Source of the DNA: a virus
UHGV virus genome: UHGV-0217460
DNA length: 44,522 bases
Direction: 5' to 3' (one strand)
Shown piece after piece: positions 16,994-25,773 of this stretch (position 1 is the stretch's first letter; the number at the start of each line of letters is the position of its first letter). The notes under the pieces are model-generated. The model saw nothing but the letters and a program-made list of their open reading frames with translations, was not told the origin of the DNA and searched no databases. The position numbers and the translations under genes are program-made.

Positions 16994-17416
16994 TTATGCT
17001 ACCCGTGTAACCACAAGATTTGCGTTTGCCACGGTGATAGCCTGGGTACTGGTATTCTCTACCGCAACATCAAAGCAGCATCCGCGCGGAACATCAATAA
17101 AGATTCCGGCAGATACATTATTAAACGATTCTACGGCGGTCGGTGTGGATATCATCTGAGAGGATAAGACTGGTTCGCCGCCGATTGCAACAGCAAGAGA
17201 AATTGCTCCCGCCGTCCCTCCGGTTGGTACTGCGATATTTGCGGAAAAGCTCACAAAATAGCGGGCCTTACACTGGTTCGTCATTCCTCTGAGAGTAACT
17301 ATTCCGCTGCCCTCCCGGTGCTGCACACATGCGGTCCCTTTTACCGCTGTGTTGGTATATACTACATTTCCATTCGCTGCCACTTCCTGAGCGGCAACAG
17401 CTACATATTCAGCCAT
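16994..17416 (-). CDS. BclA C-terminal-like (C1q/TNF-like jelly-roll) domain protein
   Basis: ATG at 17416 with RBS AAGGAGAA. ~140 aa, Ala/Val/Thr-rich beta pattern ending VVTRVA, resembling the BclA exosporium C-terminal domain. Confidence 0.45.
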   Translation of the reverse strand: MAEYVAVAAQEVAANGNVVYTNTAVKGTACVQHREGSGIVTLRGMTNQCKARYFVSFSANIAVPTGGTAGAISLAVAIGGEPVLSSQMISTPTAVESFNNVSAGIFIDVPRGCCFDVAVENTSTQAITVANANLVVTRVA

Positions 17417-17550
17417 ATTGTTTTCTCCTTTTTCATATCGCAAAAAGGCAGGACTGGGCCTGCCGATTTGCGTAATACCGGCTCTGGGCCGAACATCTGA
17501 CCATATTGCCGATGTCAGGAAAATGGTCAGAAGATACAGATATGAGGTTG

Positions 17551-18324
17551 TCAGCAGTTGCATCCAGTGTTACAGCCATAGTATACGTTCGGGTTCGGCA
17601 CCTGGTAAGCCGGAATCGGTGCCGGATTGATCGCATTAATGAGCTGCTGGGTCTGTGCTGACATAGCGGTAGTAAGCAATGCACTCTGACGATCCTGAGA
17701 TGCAGCACGTCTGAGATCATTGTTTTCAGCCTGGAGGGAAGAAATCTTCTCGTTGCACAGGTAGTCCAGAATGGCTCTGGTTCCGGCGTTCTGGCTGTCG
17801 ATAATGTCTCTGGTGTTGTTGTTCATGGTGTTCTGGAGTGCACAGGTGTTCTGCGCCATGTTGTAATTTACACCCTGGATTGCTTCCCGGGTCTCGCAGC
17901 AACACTGAGCAAGCTGCGCCTGGAGTGCGTTAGTGTTCTGCATGTTGGCTACAGTATCGGCATTAATAGCCTGCTGGATGCCGAAACCAGTCTGCATGAC
18001 GTTTGTATTGATGCCGTTGAATCCGGTAAGCATACCGTTATTCATGGCATAGAAGCCATCACACAGGCCGCTGGACAGGCCGTCCAGTTTGCTGATAACT
18101 GCCTGGTTGTCAAAGCCGCGCTGGATCGCAGAATCGGTGTATGCGCTTCCGGCTGCTCCACCTCCGCCGTTTCCCCAGCCATTGCCGTTGCCCCATCCGC
18201 AGAACACAAACAGGAACAGGATAATGATCCACCATGCGCCATCTCCGCCCCACATGCCATCATTGTTGCGGTTATTGGTTCCGGTAGCTGCCGCAATATC
18301 GGCTAAGCTATAATTTCCATCCAT
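17551..18324 (-). CDS. Membrane-anchored Gly-rich, Q/N-rich, Cys-rich protein (YjcZ-like TM/Gly motif)
   Basis: Segment WWIIILFLFVFCGWGNGNGWGNGGGG (TM plus Gly-run) and C-terminal QCCC...YYGCNTGCNC. RBS AAAGGAG. Confidence 0.5.
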   Translation of the reverse strand: MDGNYSLADIAAATGTNNRNNDGMWGGDGAWWIIILFLFVFCGWGNGNGWGNGGGGAAGSAYTDSAIQRGFDNQAVISKLDGLSSGLCDGFYAMNNGMLTGFNGINTNVMQTGFGIQQAINADTVANMQNTNALQAQLAQCCCETREAIQGVNYNMAQNTCALQNTMNNNTRDIIDSQNAGTRAILDYLCNEKISSLQAENNDLRRAASQDRQSALLTTAMSAQTQQLINAINPAPIPAYQVPNPNVYYGCNTGCNC

Positions 18325-18373
18325 TTTGATATCTCCTTTAATTTTTATTTACATTCCTGGCCAGGATAATGTA

Positions 18374-18589
18374 CTACTTCATTCCACGCAGCATGCTCTG
18401 GAACTGCTGCGCCATCTGCTGCACCTGATTAAGTTGTGCCTGTGATATCCGTCCAGATTGCAGCATCTTCTGTACTTCTGCTTTAGGATCCCCTTTAAAG
18501 CTTTGTTTAAACTGCATAAACTGCTGCATCATTTGCATAGGGCCGTTGCCCTGCGCCCTTCCAAGCATCTGAAATAGTGGGTTACTCAT
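18374..18589 (-). CDS. Small Gln/Met-rich protein
   Basis: 71-aa ORF with RBS AAAGGAGG. Low-complexity Q/M-rich sequence. Confidence 0.45.
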   Translation of the reverse strand: MSNPLFQMLGRAQGNGPMQMMQQFMQFKQSFKGDPKAEVQKMLQSGRISQAQLNQVQQMAQQFQSMLRGMK

Positions 18590-19073
18590 TTGCTGTACCT
18601 CCTTTTACTCTGCGGTTTTCTGTTTTGGCAGAGGTTCCACCAGGCTCCACATTTGCAGAAAATGAGTTGAGCCTATTTAAAATTTCGTTATATTTGTTAA
18701 AAAGATCTTGGTACTCTTCTCTAGTTACATACATGTCAGCCATAACATTTTCTTGCCGCTTCTGCGGCATTTTACCGTTAATTTCATGATATTCAAAGAT
18801 GCGAAGCGGCTGAGGCATCCCAGATACGTCCGTAGATTTGATATAAAATCGCTCTGATTCACTGTCCATCAGCAGCACACTTGATCCCGGTGCTACAAGA
18901 TAGGACTTAGCGCCTGTCTCGCCCTGTACCCATAAAATACCCTGATTATTTGCTGGCGCTGGTATTGACAAAGGTTGTGGCGTGGGCTGATATTGGTTCA
19001 TTTGTGCAATTCTGTCCTGGTATGCCTGATATGGCTGATACATGGGGGCATTTGGATATATTGCCATGTTCAA
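18582..19073 (-). CDS. Hypothetical protein with Q/P/Y-rich N-terminus
   Basis: RBS GGAGGG. First gene after the upstream terminator. Confidence 0.5.
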   Translation of the reverse strand: MNMAIYPNAPMYQPYQAYQDRIAQMNQYQPTPQPLSIPAPANNQGILWVQGETGAKSYLVAPGSSVLLMDSESERFYIKSTDVSGMPQPLRIFEYHEINGKMPQKRQENVMADMYVTREEYQDLFNKYNEILNRLNSFSANVEPGGTSAKTENRRVKGGTANE

Positions 19074-19153
19074 TTCCCTCCAAAAACTTTAAAATGTCAC
19101 GGTAATCGGTTACTATAGGTATTTCTATTTCGTCTTCCATACCTGTATTTTTG

Positions 19154-19190
19154 CAAAAAAAATAAGTCTCTGACAGTTCGTCAAAGACTT
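19154..19190 (-). terminator. Rho-independent terminator (minus strand)
   Basis: Stem aagtctctgac/gtcaaagactt (10 of 11 bp) followed on the minus strand by a U-run of 8. Confidence 0.55.
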
Positions 19191-19395
19191 AATAAAGTAG
19201 CACACGTGTTATTTTTGTGTTTACCCGGCGGCTGATCCGCTTTGCAGTGGATAAGCTCACATTCATGTTTTCTGCGCAGATCTCCATTGGCACGCCTGCG
19301 GCTCGGTATTCAAATAAAGCTCTTTCCTCTGGTGTAAAATTCGCAAGTTGCCGGAAGCGGTTCAGCTCCGGTACTGTAAAATCATACACTTTCAA
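19189..19395 (-). CDS. Small sigma-70 region-4-like HTH protein (putative transcriptional activator)
   Basis: Segment FTPEERALFEYRAAGVPMEICAENMNVSLSTAKRISRRVNTKI looks like a sigma r4/LuxR-type HTH. TTG or GTG start with a weak RBS. Confidence 0.4.
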   Translation of the reverse strand: MKVYDFTVPELNRFRQLANFTPEERALFEYRAAGVPMEICAENMNVSLSTAKRISRRVNTKITRVLLY

Positions 19396-19406
19396 GATAA
19401 GATTTA

Positions 19407-19748
19407 TTACCCCTCACTTTCTATCGGTTCATATGGCAGAGCCAAGCACCTGTTATAAAGGTCCTCACCTGTTCCATTACCTCCAAGTGTCTTGTATGGC
19501 CGAAACATATACTCAAGATTGTCTCTGTCTTCCAAGGTACAATATTTCCTTTTTAAATAAAACGTACAAGCCTGATAAAGCCGATCATGGAGAAGTGCCA
19601 GAACTCCCGCATTAATAGCGTTTGTCCTAGCACGTTCCGTCTTCAGCTGTTTAGCCAATTTGTGATATGCTCGTGAAAGTACTACTGATATAAGCCCAAG
19701 CAGCCATGATACCCAGTTTGCTGTTATGTACTGTATAATCATTTCCAT
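19407..19748 (-). CDS. Membrane protein with BhlA/UviB-like N-terminus
   Basis: ATG MEMIIQY with RBS AAGGAG. The N-terminal pattern MEM..QYI....W.SWLLGL.. resembles the BhlA/UviB holin-like family. Confidence 0.35.
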   Translation of the reverse strand: MEMIIQYITANWVSWLLGLISVVLSRAYHKLAKQLKTERARTNAINAGVLALLHDRLYQACTFYLKRKYCTLEDRDNLEYMFRPYKTLGGNGTGEDLYNRCLALPYEPIESEG

Positions 19749-19758
19749 CGTATACTCC

Positions 19759-20154
19759 TTAGTTATGATCTTTCTCCCAGTAATATATAGGAATTTCTCC
19801 TCCACTATCCCAGGTATCGTATATATGGCCGTCCTGCACACAAACAACATGGCCATCAATGCAAAGTATGTACGTCCCATGCTGATGCTCCGTGCAAAAA
19901 TCAGCTACTGTATAGATATTTTGGGTATGATCGTCTATCATATGCCGTCGATATCCCTTTTCTTTTAGATATGCGCCCCATACGTAATTAGCACTTGGCA
20001 TATCCGACAGCATACAAGCCTTTACCATGATGCCGGAGAAAACCGTTTCCCAGTCCTGCCCTGTTGCCTTACAGATGGCCCGGATAACGCAGTCACCTAC
20101 GCGCTTACCGGCTGGATTCGGATTGTAATACTCCCACTCAACATCATATTTCAT
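19759..20154 (-). CDS. Cys/His-rich hypothetical protein downstream of MuF
   Basis: 131 aa with GDCVIRAIC...C..H.H...C..GH motifs. Abuts the MuF stop. Confidence 0.4.
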   Translation of the reverse strand: MKYDVEWEYYNPNPAGKRVGDCVIRAICKATGQDWETVFSGIMVKACMLSDMPSANYVWGAYLKEKGYRRHMIDDHTQNIYTVADFCTEHQHGTYILCIDGHVVCVQDGHIYDTWDSGGEIPIYYWEKDHN

Positions 20155-20158
20155 AGCA

Positions 20159-21376
20159 TTATCCTTTCTTCAAATACGCATATCTTTTTGCCGCTCCTCG
20201 CGCCTTTGCCGCCTGTTCTCTTCCCCATTTGGCAATTCTGAGGCGGTCATCCAGTAGGCGTAAGTCATTGGCTTTGCAAAAATCATTGTACGCCCGGTTC
20301 TGCCTCTGTAAAAGATATGACTTTCGATCTAACTCCTCTTGTAGCTCTATCCTCAGTGCATCATCATTGCAGGTGTCTACAGCCGTTTGCAAGCCCATAA
20401 CCATTTGCTTTGTCTTTCTGATTCTTCGCTCTAATGCTCGCTGCCTCTGCTCTAACTTTTCCAGCCTCACATTATCCTCTGTCTCTATATCCTTATACGG
20501 GTTGTTTACCCCGTCACCGGGTCCAAAGCTGTGGCGGCAGTTCCAGCCACTTAACCCTTCGCCTGTCCCGTATCCAGTCACAGAAAATGGCGGGTATCGT
20601 TTATCTTGCCCCGTCCGGCTGTAAAACTGTCCTTGCCACCACAAATGGTTACCTGGATTCTGCCCGCCGTCTCCCGTTCGCGCCCCAATATGTGCCGACA
20701 CAAGGATTATATCCCACTCCTGTTCCTTCATGCGCTCCATAGATATATCACCGGCCGCCTGGGCGATTCCGGTGCGAACCGCTCGCGCCGTGGCCGTCTC
20801 AATCGTGTCTCTATGGCCCGTTGGGTATTTCACAGTTACGCCATTCTGAGCGATAATGTCAACCGCTTCTCTTACTGCCTGTGTGTATGATACAGCGCCG
20901 GTCATAACTTTATGATAAGCGTTATCGCACTCGCTTATAAAAAGGCTCTGCGCGGCTTCTGCGGTTGTCCTTGTCATGTTTGACCACTCACCTACAGTCG
21001 CTTCGTAATCTCTTTGCAAGATCCGCGTAATTACAGGAGATAGTTCCAATGCTTCCTCTGTAATCCCGGCCGAAGCATACACAGAGTTGTCATACTTAAC
21101 CGCTTTTATCTCTGCCTCTTCCATCGCCTCGGCTATCTCTTTTTTCTGTAAGTGTGTGTGCTGTGCAATCTCCTGCATGATATCCTGTAAAAGATAACCA
21201 GCGTCTTGTAGCACCTGGATACGCCAGCGGTCTGAGGATGTAAATAAATAGTCTTCTCCACGCCCCAAACGAATCATGACTGCTTCTATGAGTCGTCCAA
21301 TGATATAATTATGCAGTGATGATGCTATAGCTTCACTGCCCTCTGCTACCCTTTTTAGATAATCTGGTGTCAGCAT
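20159..21376 (-). CDS. Head morphogenesis protein (Phage_Mu_F/SPP1 gp7 family)
   Basis: Conserved MuF motif GWNCRHS with a coiled-coil C-terminus. Lies after the portal. Confidence 0.75.
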   Translation of the reverse strand: MLTPDYLKRVAEGSEAIASSLHNYIIGRLIEAVMIRLGRGEDYLFTSSDRWRIQVLQDAGYLLQDIMQEIAQHTHLQKKEIAEAMEEAEIKAVKYDNSVYASAGITEEALELSPVITRILQRDYEATVGEWSNMTRTTAEAAQSLFISECDNAYHKVMTGAVSYTQAVREAVDIIAQNGVTVKYPTGHRDTIETATARAVRTGIAQAAGDISMERMKEQEWDIILVSAHIGARTGDGGQNPGNHLWWQGQFYSRTGQDKRYPPFSVTGYGTGEGLSGWNCRHSFGPGDGVNNPYKDIETEDNVRLEKLEQRQRALERRIRKTKQMVMGLQTAVDTCNDDALRIELQEELDRKSYLLQRQNRAYNDFCKANDLRLLDDRLRIAKWGREQAAKARGAAKRYAYLKKG

Positions 21377-21386
21377 GGTCTTTCAC

Positions 21387-22082
21387 CTACTCTTCATCAA
21401 ACAGCCTCTTTTCATCTGGCTGGGCTTCCTCAACCATAGCCTTTGCGTCTCCTAAAGCTTTTACTGCCTCAGGTAATGTTTTATATGATCCAAAGTAATA
21501 TCTCTTCTTGTTTCTTCTAATTTGCACCCTATACGCTCCCTCACTATAATAAATGCCCTTATATCCTGTCTTATTGTCTTTTCTTAGTCCCTGGTTTAGA
21601 CATTGGGTTTCGTTGTCCGCCCAGCGGCAATTATCTGGTTCATAATTTCCATTTACGTCTATTCTGTCGATAGACAATCCCTCTTTATATCCATTTTTTA
21701 TAGCCCAGTCAAAGAACTTTTTCGGATCATTTAACCATTCCGTACAGATTTTTATTCCTCTTCCTCCATACTTTTCATAGTCTTTATTTTGGGGATTATT
21801 GCATCTCTGCTTCATTCCCTCAAAAACTTTTCCAAGTTTTGTACGAGAATATCCGTGGGTTTTCGCCGCCGATTCTTTTTCATAGTTATAACAGCCACAG
21901 CTTAAAGTACTTCCATTTCTTAAATCGCCATGCCTAACGATTGTGATATTTCCACAATCACATTTACATTTCCATCTCCGAATCATTTTGCCTGTTTTAC
22001 TATAAATTGGTTCGGCTTCTTCCATAACTACAAGCTTTCCATATCTTTCACCTTCAAGATGTAATCTTATCTGATTTTTCAT
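21387..22082 (-). CDS. HNH homing endonuclease with AP2 DNA-binding domain
   Basis: HNH_3-like segment SIDRIDVNGNYEPDNCRWA and AP2-like GYKGIYYSEGAYRVQIRRNKKRYYFGSYKTLPEA. N-terminal Cys cluster. ATG at 22082 with RBS (the GTG at 22118 is possible). Inserted between portal and MuF. Confidence 0.65.
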   Translation of the reverse strand: MKNQIRLHLEGERYGKLVVMEEAEPIYSKTGKMIRRWKCKCDCGNITIVRHGDLRNGSTLSCGCYNYEKESAAKTHGYSRTKLGKVFEGMKQRCNNPQNKDYEKYGGRGIKICTEWLNDPKKFFDWAIKNGYKEGLSIDRIDVNGNYEPDNCRWADNETQCLNQGLRKDNKTGYKGIYYSEGAYRVQIRRNKKRYYFGSYKTLPEAVKALGDAKAMVEEAQPDEKRLFDEE

Positions 22083-22191
22083 ATCATGTTCTCCGTTTAT
22101 ACGTATGCACTTATTCACGTATATTGTAGCATATTTTATTCTTTACGTCTATACGTATTTATGGTATATTCATATTAAAGGAGGTGCCATA

Positions 22192-22338
22192 ATGAGTAAA
22201 ATTAAATTTACGACTACCATAGATGAAAATTTATTGGAACAAATTAAAATTCTTGCAATTAAAGAAAAGCGTTCCGTAGCATCTATTCTTGAAAAATTAA
22301 TATCTGATTATTTAAAATCTTATTCAGAGGGAAAATAA
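22192..22338 (+). CDS. Ribbon-helix-helix (CopG/Arc/ParD-like) DNA-binding protein, 48 aa, opposite strand
   Basis: Strong RBS AAAGGAGGTG. Sequence KIKFTTTIDENLLEQIKILAIKEKRSVASILEKLISDYL shows a beta-alpha-alpha RHH pattern. The ORF track lists an over-extended version (22105-22338). Confidence 0.55.
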   Translation: MSKIKFTTTIDENLLEQIKILAIKEKRSVASILEKLISDYLKSYSEGK

Positions 22339-22351
22339 ATCCCTCTTTTTT
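22326..22351 (+). terminator. Terminator after RHH gene
   Basis: Stem agaggga/tccctct followed by TTTTTT. Also serves the convergent portal gene end. Confidence 0.55.
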
Positions 22352-23780
22352 ATTCATCATCAAATAATCCTTTTGCTTGTGTATTTTCTGCTTCTTTTGT
22401 CATTGATACCGCCTCATCTTTCGTCATGCCCTCGAATTTTGTAAAGTATAACCACGCCGGGACCTTTCCTTGCATTACGTACTGCCACCAGCGGCTGCGA
22501 TCTGCTTCGCGGTCATAAAGGATATCACCAAAATCATAGGTCACATCATATGTACCGACAGGTGCCAGGCCATACAGGTCCGCATACACGTTAAGCGCAT
22601 ATAGTGTATCATCCAGGCATGACTCCAGCTGATCACGCACGTCCTTAATGAATTGTACGGTACGCTGCTGATCTGCTTCCACTCCTGTAGCCGTCTGGAT
22701 ACCCGATGACTGGTTAAATACAAAGTACCCATTTGCAAATCCGGCCTTGTATCCTATCTGACTTAACAGATTGTTGATGCCTTTTACTCTGGTATCCGTA
22801 TTAAGCTGAGGGTTGATCTCCTGATAAAACTCTTTTTGATCGTTGCCAAACACATTTTTAACATAGTGCGGAAGTCCCTTCACATCTGCAGGGCCTCTGT
22901 GCTTAATGTTTTTTCCACTTTCATACAGTAATCGATCATCCGCCAGTATGATTTTCTGACTGTCAAAAATCTCACCCGCATTCCGGCTGTATGCTATATC
23001 AAGGTCTTTCAACTCTTCCAGTGCTTCTCTGAAGATTGGAAGTCCCATAGGAGAAGATATGTCTACGTTATTGGCTTGCGGTGTGCGCAAGATGCCAAAC
23101 ATAGGCTTATCAAGTGGCTCTCCTGACGCCTTAAGGATTGGCGGCGTGTCTGCTGCCATGTCCGCCCATTTAGTCTGTGTTAGCGGTATCGGATCTCCTA
23201 TACTGTCCGTTGATTTTGAAACATATGCCCGATTGCTGATATAGTACGGGCGCAACATTGCACCGTCCATCTCTGTCTCAACAAAGCGATGATGTTCTAA
23301 CCTGGTGTACCACTTTTTCCCAGACTGATAAGTATCTTTAAATATAATCTCCCGTACTCCCAGGTTGTCATAGTCTACCAGTAAGACATCCGCAGGAGTA
23401 AAAACGTCTAGGTTTGTGCCGTTTGGCTTTAAAAACACAGTGCCGTAAGCGCATCCGTACTCCACCCAGTCACGAAGCTTAGAATAAATCAAATCTATCT
23501 GCTGCTGCAACCACTCTGCCCGGGCACTGCCTTCCAAATGTATACCGATACCCAAGGTTACCAGGCGGGCCGTCTCTGAACAAAGGGCTTTTGCAAAATT
23601 AATTGTTTTTATGCCTTCTTCATCATCCAGCCACTCCGGATTGCCGTGGTAGACATCTGCGCATTGATTTATGGCCTTTTCCATGTCTGGTGATACAATA
23701 GATTGAACATTAAAAGCCTTTTCTGCCTGCCGCTTAAATATCATATTAATCCACCTTTTTACCGTTGATAATATACCCAT
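22350..23780 (-). CDS. Portal protein (SPP1 gp6-like)
   Basis: 476 aa, in the portal position after the terminase. The start at 23780 overlaps the terminase stop. An internal ATG at 23744 has a better RBS (AAAGGTGG). Confidence 0.75.
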   Translation of the reverse strand: MGILSTVKRWINMIFKRQAEKAFNVQSIVSPDMEKAINQCADVYHGNPEWLDDEEGIKTINFAKALCSETARLVTLGIGIHLEGSARAEWLQQQIDLIYSKLRDWVEYGCAYGTVFLKPNGTNLDVFTPADVLLVDYDNLGVREIIFKDTYQSGKKWYTRLEHHRFVETEMDGAMLRPYYISNRAYVSKSTDSIGDPIPLTQTKWADMAADTPPILKASGEPLDKPMFGILRTPQANNVDISSPMGLPIFREALEELKDLDIAYSRNAGEIFDSQKIILADDRLLYESGKNIKHRGPADVKGLPHYVKNVFGNDQKEFYQEINPQLNTDTRVKGINNLLSQIGYKAGFANGYFVFNQSSGIQTATGVEADQQRTVQFIKDVRDQLESCLDDTLYALNVYADLYGLAPVGTYDVTYDFGDILYDREADRSRWWQYVMQGKVPAWLYFTKFEGMTKDEAVSMTKEAENTQAKGLFDDE

Positions 23781-25408
23781 TATGCACTATTCCCCCGTCT
23801 CTCCCACAGCGATTCCGTAGCGTAACGGGCCGCATCAATGAGATGGTTATTTTTGTCTGGATAGCCGCTTATGATGTTGCCGTCCTTGTCTCGCTCGTAC
23901 TCATACTCTTTAAATTCCTTGCAAGTGTTCGGCGTTCGGTTCGGATCCATGACAAATTTTTTCCCTTGTAACCACTTCATTGAGTACTCAATGCTGCCAG
24001 GTCCTTTATGTGCTGCTCTGGCTGGTAGCCCTGAATCTCTGTAATCCTCAACAGATTTTGGCTCTGCACTATCGCATGTTATAACATAGTCGTCATATTT
24101 GCGCCGTTTGATTTCGGCGGCTGTCCAGCTGTTCTTTTTCTTGTTTTCACAAATCTCGTCTATAAAGTATATGGTTTCACGCGCCGAATCGTAATATATC
24201 CTTACAAAAGCATATTTGTCTGGGTACCATCCCCAGTCAACGCCTTGATATATGCGATCCATAATTTTAATTTCTTCATCTGTGATAGTGCGCTCTTCGA
24301 TAAATTCAAAGACATTGCCACCGTTTCCGTTTGCTTCTCCCATATACTCATTTTCGTATGCACTCGGATTAACCTCTTTTAGATGTTCTGCATCGTTAAG
24401 GAACTCCTCGCCCAGCCAGTCAGCAGGGACATCTTTATATGTACTTCGCATAACAACGGCACTTGCGTTTTTAAACTCTGCCTCTACAGTATATTTATTG
24501 GCCCAGTTGATCTTGCTTCTCGGTGGGTTAAATGACTTAAACTTATACGCCTTATCACCGCCACGTATAGCGGACTGCTGGATGCTTCTGACCTCTTCGG
24601 GTCCGGCGAACTGGTCCAACTCTTCAAACCATACGATACCGATATATCCAAACTTCGGTTTAATCGATTTGATCTTAATCGGGTCATCTGCACCTCGAAA
24701 ATAGATCTTTTGCCCGGTAGGTTTGTATGTGATCTCAAAGGGAGATTGTTTGAATTTAAACTCTGCATCAAGGCCAAGCTTTGAGATAGCCCATTGCAGC
24801 TGCGCATACACAGAATCTTTTATAGTGTTACCGACTTTTCGCAGCACAAGCGCGTGCATATCAGGATGCTTTTTTATCAGCTCCGGGATAATGCATGATA
24901 TACAAGACGATTTCGAAGATCCTCGCCCGCCTGGAAGCACATATTCCGTATGCATGCCGCGCCGGATATCGCGAATCATCGGGTGGAATACATCTGCCAC
25001 CACATCAAGATCAATATGATATTCTTTTGCCGTTCTGGCTTCCTCTTCTGCCTTCTGCTGCGCTTCTTTTTCCTCTTTTACGGCTATAGCTTTCTCCAAA
25101 TCAGACATGGCTTTAAGCTGTTCGGAAAACGCCGGGGCAAATCCAAACGAATCCTTTACTTCCCCCCGTGCGATCATGGCGCGGCGCTTCTGGATATCAG
25201 CAAGAGACATGGTGTCAGTACCGTTGCGCCTATCAAGTTCTGCCTGTTTGTCCGCTATATAGGCCAAAACATCAGCATTCTTCAACAGTCTGCATCCTTC
25301 CTGTTCTGGCTTCTTATATCCAGCTTTTCTCGCCGCATCAGTTGCATTCCCGCCGTTTTCTATGAAGTTTTTCGCGAACGCTTCCCGCTTCGGCGTAAGC
25401 TCACCCAT
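23780..25408 (-). CDS. Terminase: N-terminal small-subunit-like (Terminase_2 HTH) domain fused in frame to large subunit ATPase/nuclease (PBSX XtmB-like)
   Basis: N-terminal ~110 aa TPKREAFAKNFIENGGNATDAARKAGY is TerS-like. It is followed by Walker A VLPGGRGSSKS and the TerL body. There is no stop between them. Confidence 0.7.
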   Translation of the reverse strand: MGELTPKREAFAKNFIENGGNATDAARKAGYKKPEQEGCRLLKNADVLAYIADKQAELDRRNGTDTMSLADIQKRRAMIARGEVKDSFGFAPAFSEQLKAMSDLEKAIAVKEEKEAQQKAEEEARTAKEYHIDLDVVADVFHPMIRDIRRGMHTEYVLPGGRGSSKSSCISCIIPELIKKHPDMHALVLRKVGNTIKDSVYAQLQWAISKLGLDAEFKFKQSPFEITYKPTGQKIYFRGADDPIKIKSIKPKFGYIGIVWFEELDQFAGPEEVRSIQQSAIRGGDKAYKFKSFNPPRSKINWANKYTVEAEFKNASAVVMRSTYKDVPADWLGEEFLNDAEHLKEVNPSAYENEYMGEANGNGGNVFEFIEERTITDEEIKIMDRIYQGVDWGWYPDKYAFVRIYYDSARETIYFIDEICENKKKNSWTAAEIKRRKYDDYVITCDSAEPKSVEDYRDSGLPARAAHKGPGSIEYSMKWLQGKKFVMDPNRTPNTCKEFKEYEYERDKDGNIISGYPDKNNHLIDAARYATESLWERRGNSA

Positions 25409-25426
25409 TTACTCACCGTCCCGTCA

Positions 25427-25684
25427 TTACTTCCAGTCCTCCAGCGCTTCCCACATCTCTTTCAGTACCATAACAACATCCACCTGTGATGCCGTCCGAA
25501 TGATCTCATAGTCCTTTGTCTTCCACTTATCCCGCACGTATTGCAGTGTAGGTGTGCTCACGCTATACATGGTTATCATCCGGTTCTGGTCTGCGCTGTA
25601 AAACTGGTTCGTGCCTATCTTTGTTACAAACCGCTTTGTAAGCAACGCTCTTTGCAGCTTTCTTTGTATCTGGTTAAGGTTCAT
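25427..25684 (-). CDS. Hypothetical protein
   Basis: 85-aa ORF upstream of the terminase. Confidence 0.35.
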   Translation of the reverse strand: MNLNQIQRKLQRALLTKRFVTKIGTNQFYSADQNRMITMYSVSTPTLQYVRDKWKTKDYEIIRTASQVDVVMVLKEMWEALEDWK

Positions 25685-25773
25685 ACTATCACCCTATTTT
25701 CATTTTATTTCGATTCAAAAAAAGACGTATCACCATTTTTGTGATAATACGCCTTTCTGATTGCCGTTAAATC

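Noticed and set aside
18946-19140. 64-aa ORF overlapping 18582-19073 in another frame
   Set aside because: It has no RBS and lies inside a better-supported gene and the terminator.
22105-22191. N-terminal extension (MHLFTYIVAYF...) of the RHH ORF
   Set aside because: The hydrophobic, AT-rich extension lacks an RBS. A strong RBS precedes the internal ATG at 22192, which gives the canonical 48-aa RHH size.
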